Of a DNA stretch of 45,324 nt, positions 37,525-45,324 are shown one piece after another (the stretch's first letter is position 1; every line of letters begins with the position of its first letter). The position numbers were made by a program, and so were the translations under genes. The notes beneath the pieces were generated by a model. It worked only from the letters and a program-made list of their open reading frames with translations, was not told the origin of the DNA and ran no database searches. Origin of the DNA: Peribolospora baueri (taxonomy: Eukaryota). The stretch covers positions 1 to 45,324 of the forward strand of contig JAMDHS010000127.1 of the NCBI GenBank assembly GCA_029717555.1, given 5' to 3'.

Positions 37525-40009
37525 GGAGAGGATGAAGGGAGGGAGGGATGGATGTGGTCGGTAGAGGGGTACGTATCGTGTCTAATTTTTTTCGATAGAC
37601 TCGCTTTGCCAGGCGGTGTATACAAACCTAGATACATAGGTAGACGGGGTAGGACCCGGGTCCGCATCCGTCGTTCTCCATATATGTGCGAGGAGGCGTA
37701 GTTAGAGCGTATCGGGCATCGACAAGGATCGCAGCGTTTTGCAAGCCAAGTCTGACGAACGAACGTCGAGCGTGTCGAGAAACGTCGTGGGCATGTGTCT
37801 GTCTGTCTGTCTGTCGACCAAGTCCTCCTTCCTTCGACAGAGGCAATTGGGCAAGCGAGGGCCCGGGCCGATAGGTATGCCAGACCCCGTGATTCCCTAT
37901 ATACAGTACATACATACATGCATACATACATACATGCGCCGCTATGGCATCGGGTGCAGACGGGTGTACTTGGAGCGGAGCGGGCATGCACAACCGCCAA
38001 AGCGGCCTCAGGGCTTCCGTGGTCGGCGTCTGGGCTCGCCTCGCCGACTCGCTCTCCCGTCGCTTCTCTATTAATCAGAGCTGCCAGGATGAAAGCAGAT
38101 CCGAGCAGCCGTCCATCTCCCATCTCTGCTCTGACCCCGTCAACCCGATGCAGACGGGCTTGCAGACGCAGATTCAGACGCAGCCCCAGCTAGCTAGCTA
38201 GCTAGCGAGCTGGCCTGCCCAACTCCGACGAACCGTCATGGATGGTCCACTGGCGTCGTTGCATATCCTGCGAAGGTAGCTCATTCGTCGTCCAAGTCAG
38301 AAAGATGGCAGCGTTCTAGGTCGGTCGGTCGGCCGCGGTAGGCAGGTGGGTAGGTACCGAGCACGGTAGGCGGTGGACGCGACGGGCTACAGAGCTCACA
38401 GGACAGACCACCCACGTGGCCTTGACGTAGAGCCGAGAGATGCTCGTCGTTCGAGCGCGAGCGGTGAAAGGCACTCTCCTGGGTCCTCGTCCTTGGTGTA
38501 TGTCTGTATGTATGTATTGCCGCTGTACACGCTGGCATGTGTCGGGGTGCGCACGTCGCCGTCGCCAACACGAGTAAAGCCTTGAGCGAGTCCATCCAGT
38601 CCTGGTCCTGGTCCTGGTCCAAGTGCCTACTGAGGACACAAGCCGGGCGGGAGGGACGAAGGTTAGTCTGACGTGAGGACGAGGGCCTTTGCGTTTCACA
38701 TCCCATCCCGTCACACCCATCGCCATCGCCAACCCTCCCTCCGCGCACCCGTTCCGTCCGGTTTCTCAACGCGCAGGGATGCCAGGCCGGTCCGCGCACA
38801 TGCATGTATGGTAGGAGAGCGAACAAACGACGGTTGAGATGATCGATCGTACGAAGTCCCGTCCGTGCTCCTCTTCCTTCGCTCACGTGGCCCCTGAACG
38901 AGGCGAGGCGACTCTGCGCGCTATCCCGAGTTCGTCCCACCTACTGCTGCTGTAGCTACTACAGTCTGCTTAGAGCAATTCCCACGGTCTCCTTCGCCCC
39001 CCCCGCAAATGACTGGGCGCGCGTCCATCTCAATTCATTTCAGCCCCCGGGCGCTTCATTCAATCTAGCCTGTGCGCCATCGCTCGCGACGTCGCCGCCG
39101 CCAGCCACAGAGGGAGGGAAGGGCGGAGATCTGCGCCCAGAAGGGCCGGTGCGTTTTCTAGTTTACACGCTCACGCTCTGGACGAGGCAAGCGCGATGGC
39201 GTAACGGGCCAGTCTAATATGCATCCTTCCTTCCTTCCTTGGAGCGAAAGTTGAAAATCGCGACGATTGGCTGCGATTACCGTCGTTTATTTAATCTCTT
39301 GTCCCCGTCGATCGCTTCCGTGATTAAGGGACGCAAGGCACATATCTGTACATACATTGTCCGTCTCCGACTTCACTCACACCCATCGATCGTCCTTCCT
39401 CACCCTGTCGCCTCCCTTTCTCCCTCCCTCCTTTTTTCTTTTTTCGTTTCCCTTGTTCCCCGCCTTGGCCACCGAGCGGGACACACAGCCCAGCCCAGCC
39501 AGGGCGGCGCGTGCAGGACGAAGGGACTAAGGCGGGTCGACGCCTTCCTGCCTTCCCTGTCTACCTTTCTTTCCTGCGTCCCTTCCTTCCACCCAGCCCT
39601 CCTTCGTCCGCCCTCCAGTTTGCCGACGCGACGCGCCCTGCAGCGAGCGGCTAGGCTGTGGCTTTGTCGAGCAGGCGAGCGAGCGAGCGGGCAGGGCGTG
39701 CACAACACAAAGCCATGGCCATGGCCATCCCTCCCTTTTTTGCCGTCTGTCTATCTTTGTCCGCCTGTGCGTACGTCACGCACTGCGTTTGCTCTCCGAC
39801 CGGCGGCTTAGGCGGCGGGGAAACGTACATACGCACATACATATGCACGCACGGCGGGCGACTCTGTCGCATCGTCGACGCCCTCCTATGCGTATGCTCG
39901 CATAGTAGTGGGTTGGACGACGATGGCGGACAGCTGACGTGATGGGATGCGGCCCCATCCCTGTATCTACACTACCTCCCTCCGTCTGTCCGTGTCCGTC
40001 GTCCGACAG

Positions 40010-40266
40010 CCGAGCCGAACCGAACCGAATCGAGCTGAGCTGAGCTGAGCTGAGCTGAGCTACGGCGCGCCGGGCCCGCATGTACATGTACGAGCGAGCG
40101 TCTGTACGTCATGCCCGTCTAGAGTGTGTTGTGTGTGTGTGCGACGAAGACCGACGTCTGAGTCTCGACGACGGCAAGCTGAAGCACTCCCGGCCGGTTC
40201 GCTGTCCTGTGCGACCGGCCCCTGCCCCTGTGTTCCTGACTGACTGACTGACTGACTGACTGACTG
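40010..40266. repeat. Microsatellite cluster: (CCGAA)/(GAGCT)n at ~40010-40061 and (CTGA)n at ~40236-40266
   Basis: Read directly from the sequence. Confidence 0.9.
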
Positions 40267-40493
40267 TCTGTTGTCTGGCTGGCTGTCTCCTATCTATCTG
40301 TCCGTCTGTCTGCCCTTTGCTTGCTTCGCTCGCTGCCCGCGGCCGGCTATTTTTTGCTTGGTTGGCTTTGTTTTGGCTCTGCTGTGCTCTGTTTTTGCTT
40401 TGCTTTGCTTTGCTTGCTCGCTCGCTCCCTCCTTTCTTCCTTTTTCCTTCTTCCTTCTTCCTTCCCCCCTTCCTTTCCTTCCTTCGTCTCGTC

Positions 40494-40519
40494 GTTGCCT
40501 GGACGACGCCTCTATAAAA
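40494..40519 (+). promoter_or_regulatory. Candidate X-box (GTTGCCTGGACGAC) adjacent to TATAAAA, upstream of the RFX gene
   Basis: Reverse complement GTCGTC-CA-GGCAAC fits GTNRCC-N(0-3)-RGYAAC with one mismatch; TATAAAA at 40513-40519. Confidence 0.4.
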
Positions 40520-41332
40520 CAGGGCTGCGACGGCTGGGCGGAGGACAAGACGGCGTGCCTCGCATATTTGCCTGCTCCTTCCTCTCCTCGCTCCCCCTTC
40601 CCCTCCCTCGTCCCCCTTGCCCTTACCCTTGCCCGCCGCCTTTGTCCGCCCTCGAGCCATATCGTATCCCGCTCGCTCGTACACTCCTCCCGTCCGCCAT
40701 CGCCCATCACCCATCGCCTCTCTGCGTCCCTCATACACCTCGGTGGCGTTGGTGGCGGTGAGTATGCCCACTCCTTCTGCCCGTCGGACCCGCGCCCACC
40801 TAGTCCTCGGCTAGCTAGCGGTTCGACAAGCGTAGCGTTGGTTGCATTCCGTTGCGTTGCGTTATGTTGTGTCGCGTTGTCTATCCATCTATCCCATCTC
40901 CTTCCTCACCGATTCGATCCCGTCTGACCGCCGCCTCTATCTACCTCCTTCTCATGCCCATCGCCGCTTTCTCATTCTCCCCTCCGCCCTCCACCTCCCA
41001 GTCATAATAAGGGCCACCCAAGCCGGCACCCGTCCAGCGCTCGGCGTCCGGCTCTCCTTCCCTTTCTTCCTCCCTCCCTTCCCCTTTGTTCCCTTTCTCC
41101 TTTCTCCTTTCACCCTCCATCCCCATTCACTTTCCCTCCCTCGTCCACCTTTTGTCCTCCTCCTCCTTCTCCTGTCGACCCCGCGTTGACCGCGTCGTCG
41201 TCGTCGTCGTGACAGTCGACTCTGTCAACACCCTCCTTCCGCTGCGGGCTTCGATCAGCCTCCGACGCCCGGCCTTCCTACTCCCGCCCCCGCCCCTCCT
41301 TACCAGTCGGCCTCGTCGCTGGCTCGCTTTTC

Positions 41333-44300
41333 ATGTTCTCCGACTCGTTGGACGGAGTGGCCATGGGCATGGGCATGGGAATGGGCATCGGCGTTGGCAT
41401 GGGCGTCGGCGTCGTGACCACCTCGGCCGCCGAGCAGGCCCCCTACGGCCATCTCCAGCCCGGCCTCTTCTTCCCGTATCTGACCTCGCAGGACGATGGT
41501 CAGCTCGACCTCATCGCCGGCGGCATGGGCCTCCAGCAGGACCCCTCCTCCGCTCCTTCCTCCTCCTTCGTCTCCTCCAGCTCGCCCGTTCCCGGTCTCG
41601 TCGCCCCAGGCGGACTCTTCCCTCATCGCGGCCTCCGTCTTGCTACCATTCCCGCTAGCCCCACGACCCCGCTCGCGCCCACGTCGGCGCCCTCCGCCCC
41701 CGCAAAGCCAGACCGTCCTCGCCCTTTGTCCGTCAAGACGGCCCCCTCCCTCATCCGCAGGGCCCGCGCCGGCTCCAACCCGTATACCCGCGACGGCCAA
41801 CCCCACGGCGGGCCTTGGAGCGCCGGCGCCGCGCTCAGGTCCGCAGTCAGCTCAGATGACCACCACCACCGCCCCGAGTTGGCTCGTCCCGCTACCGCCG
41901 CTGCCACCGTCTTCGGGGCCGCCTTCCCGGACGACGACGACCAGGCGTTCGCCCGTAAGCGGTCCAGCTCCTCCGCCTCCGTCTCTTCCATCGCCCCTTC
42001 GCAGCTCGGCACGCCCGCTTCGTCCAGAGCGTCCCCCACAAGCAGCGTCGGCTCTGCCATCGTCCTCGTCACTCCCACCAGCAGCAGCTCAGACCAGAAC
42101 GTGCACGCATTTGGTCGCCTGGCCATCGACGCCAGCGCCGCCACCACCCAGGCCAAGGGACGTCCCTTGCCTCGCCTCTCTCTCGATCTCTCTCGGCCCG
42201 CCAGCCTCGACCTCGGCGTGTCCATCGAGCAGGATGACGACGACGGTGCGGATGACGAACTGGCAGCCAACAGCCGCGGCAACACCAACAGCAACAGCAA
42301 CGGCAACGGCAGTAGTTTCCTTCCTCTTCCCATCCCCGCAGGGCCCCCTCTACCACCCGTCGTGAGGGTAGACTTCCTGGAGCGCTTAGCCGCCTCGGTC
42401 AAAAAAGCGGCCACCAGCAGCGCGGCCGACAAGGCAAAGCAGGGCTTCGTTAACGCTTGGTTGCATGCGAGCTATATGGCTAGCGAGGAGGGTAACGTCT
42501 CTCGTCAAGGTCTTTACAACTCGTATCAGCGCGTTTGTGTGGAGTATGATGTCAAGTGCGTCAATAGCGCCTCGTTCGGAAAGGCTGTGAGGTTGTGCTT
42601 CCCGCGCATCAAGACGAGACGGTTGGGCGTCCGGGGCAACTCCAAGTATCACTGTGAGTCTCTTGTCCGTCCGGCGCATACGGCACACTTTGTTTGCCCT
42701 TCTTTTCCTCTCCCGCCGCTCCCCTCACCTTACTGCACTTGACCCGTAGACTGCGGCATTCGTCCCAAGACGTCCACCGAGGCAGAGGTGCTCAGCTCGT
42801 TCACCCGCGCCGCCCAAGCCAACCTCGGCTACGGTGGCGAAGAGGGCGGCCATTCGCGGCAAGACAGCATGATCACCTCTGACAGCGAGGACGAGCAGGA
42901 CGACGACGGCGGCGACTACTGCGACGACGGCCGGATCCGTCTCCGCGCTGTCGCCTCTAGTCCTGCTCTGCGATCTCCCAACAGCGCGGACGCAACCTTT
43001 GCCAGCGCCATGATGAACGGCAATAGCGGAGGCGGAGGCGTCTCCGGTCTCGCCGTCCCACAAGCCACCGTCATCCACCTCGACCCCGTCACGCCCACCG
43101 CCGACTCTGTCTACTCCAACACACCCGCCACGCCGCGCTACCAGCATCGGTCCGCCCACTCGGTCGCGTCGACCGCGCCGTCGCGCGAGACCAAGGCCGT
43201 CGTCTCTTCTGCTGGCTCGACGACCAAGCTCAAGCTTCCGCCCGCCCGCCTTCGCCGTCACACCGTCAGCACGGTCGCGGCGCGGAATCGAGCGGGCGTC
43301 GCGAGCGACGACAATTCCCACTCGTCAGCGTCGTCGTCGTCGCCGTCCGCCAACGAGGCGCAACAGCAGCAGCCGGAAAGCGGCTCGCATCGCGCTGGAC
43401 GACACGGCGGCGGCGGACGAGGGCAGGACGGTTTTGAGACCGTCACCGTTCGCGCGCTCCCCGGCTTCCCCACCAGCCCCGGTTCGGCCCAGCTCGGCGG
43501 GTGGGACGGCTTGGCGTACGGCGGAGGAGACCGGCTCGAGGCGGACAAAGAGCTCTGGGCGGCGTACGAGAGGCACTGCCAGATGCTCCTCAACTCTGTC
43601 CGCGCGTCCGCGTTTGACCAGTATGAGCTCCATATCAAGACGTTCTGGCTCAAGATGACCGCTGCCCAGCGCCATGTCCTCCACTCCAGCCAGACGCTCA
43701 TGGCAAAGGTCCTTAAGGCCGATGCGGTCATCTATGACGTGAGTGTGTTTGTCCCTTCGGAAGACGGAGAAGGGGAGGGAGGCGGTTAGCGTGCGCGTCC
43801 GACAACAAAGCTCATCATCGTCCCGTTTCGCCCATGACCCCTCAGACCATCCTCGAGCACCTCCACTCCCAGTCTCTCTCCGTCATGGCACCTCAGGTGC
43901 TCACCACCCTTCACCAGCTCGCCGAGGGCATGGAGAGCATCCTCGCCTCGAGCCTCGTCGACGGTTTCGAGCAGGCTTTCGTCAGCCCCAAAGTCGAGCT
44001 CGGCGCCCGTTTCGGCCACTTGCTCTTGCGCTATATCGGCGTGTATCAGTTGACACAGGCGCTTCGCGGCGTCATCAACGACGAGAGTCAGGTCGGCGCC
44101 ATGCTCGACGCTTGGGACACGATCGACTTTGAGGCTATCCGCAACCAGGCCGCGCTGACGTGCAACTGCCAACATGGCGACCTGATCCAGACCGTCAGCC
44201 TCGAGTTCCGTCAGCTCCTCGAGTCGAGGCCCGGATCGGTGCAACCGTTCTTCGACTTTGTCGACAATAACATTTGGCGTCGGTTCCTCGGCGACGGCTC

Positions 44301-45072
44301 GGTCGAAACCACCAAGGATCTCTCCCCGCGATCGTTCCAGATCCGGTTCAGCTTTATCACGTCGCAGCTCATGCGCGACCTCACGCTGCGCAGCATCCCC
44401 TGCTTCGGCGCGTTCCAAATCGTCAAGCTCTTTTTTGACGATCTCCTCGGGCTCAAAGTCCTTCGAACCGTCGCCCTCTCCATCGGCTCCGTCTCTGCCT
44501 CCGTCTATCACCAAGACGCGGTCATGGCTAACGGCGACATCCAGCTGGACCCCTTCGCCACGCAACAGCTTCACGCGCTCCAGTACCTACCGCCGGCCGT
44601 CAATCCCACGACCGCGGAGGACATCTTCTCTCTGTCCTCCGCCGCTCCCTTCCAGACCGGTTTCCCCGCGTCGTCGGTGCACGACATGGGCTTCTCCCCG
44701 GCGGACGTGGGTCAAGACTTTCGAAGCTACCGCTCCGGATCGCTCTCGTCCCAGTCCACGTTCGGTGATCTGTCCCTCAGCTCGTTCGACTCGCTCACCG
44801 ACGCTGCCTTTGACTCGCTCACCGGCGGCGTCATCGGCCAGGGCCTGTCTCCCCCCTCGGCGGCGGACCAATGCGACCCCAACCAGTCGTACTCGCTCCT
44901 CCTCGCCGCCGGCGGCAGCGGCAGCGGCAGCGGCGACCTCTATTCTGGCTGCCTGGACACGAACGGTGCGCCGTCGTCCATCGCCGCCGTGTTCGACGAC
45001 GACCACCACCCCTCCCGTTCTCGCCCGAGCTTGCCCCGCGGCAACACCGCGCGCGCCGGCGAAGCGTTTTGA
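41333..45072 (+). CDS. RFX1: RFX-family winged-helix transcription factor (Sak1/CPCR1/Crt1-like), ~1178 aa, 3 exons
   Basis: DNA-binding domain WLHASY..VSRQGLYNSY..C..VNSASFGKAVRLCFPRIKTRRLGVRGNSKYH|YCGIRP; introns 42654-42749 and 43739-43845; C-terminal dimerisation-like SQLMRDLTLRS..FGAFQIVKLFFDD. Confidence 0.92.
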
Positions 45073-45086
45073 ATTTACGTGCTCCC

Positions 45087-45090
<4 letters not shown>

Positions 45091-45140
<50 letters not shown>

Positions 45141-45196
45141 NNNNNNNNNNNNNNNNNNNNNNNNNNNNNNNNNNNNNNNNNNNNNNNNNNNNNNNN
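45091..45196. other. 50-nt poly(T) followed by a 56-nt N assembly gap
   Basis: T at 45091-45140; N at 45141-45196. Confidence 0.95.
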
Positions 45197-45197
45197 T

Positions 45198-45324
45198 CAA
45201 CTGCCAACATGGCGACCTGATCCAGACCGTCAGCCTCGAGTTCCGTCAGCTCCTCGAGTCGAGGCCCGGATCGGTGCAACCGTTCTTCGACTTTGTCGAC
45301 AATAACATTTGGCGTCGGTTCCTC
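45198..45324 (+). repeat. Exact 127-bp duplicate of RFX exon 3 sequence 44163-44289
   Basis: Identical sequence (caactgccaacatgg...cggttcctc) directly after the gap. Confidence 0.92.

Overview
GC-rich, intron-rich eukaryotic DNA, most likely from a basidiomycete fungus; the NDR kinase N-terminus resembles smut-type Ukc1 (from recall, not a search). I reconstructed 13 spliced protein-coding genes by hand: KCS1-like IP6 kinase (-), an unusual membrane-anchored protein with WG/GGM and KKEEP repeats plus a MIF4G-like domain (-), a sugar-porter MFS transporter (-), a divergent APSES/KilA-N-like tail-anchored protein (+), FYV10/GID9 (+), PSF3 (-), mitoribosomal bS18m (+), BOS1 SNARE (-), SDT1-like HAD nucleotidase (+), CBK1/COT-1 NDR kinase (-), BFR1 (-), PPN1 endopolyphosphatase (+) and an RFX transcription factor (+). 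Most ORF-track entries are antisense or low-complexity shadows. No tRNA, rRNA, CRISPR array or transposon was recognised. The strongest unexplained signals are in splicing: a candidate zero-nucleotide exon (recursive AG|GT site) and a 3-nt exon behind a GC donor in the transporter, and a candidate frame-switching 4-nt exon at the 5' end of SDT1. The TM-anchored MIF4G-like protein is the most unusual coding sequence. The window ends in an N gap followed by an exact duplicate of part of the RFX gene, probably an assembly artefact. All exon models and homologies come from manual reading, not database searches or RNA data.
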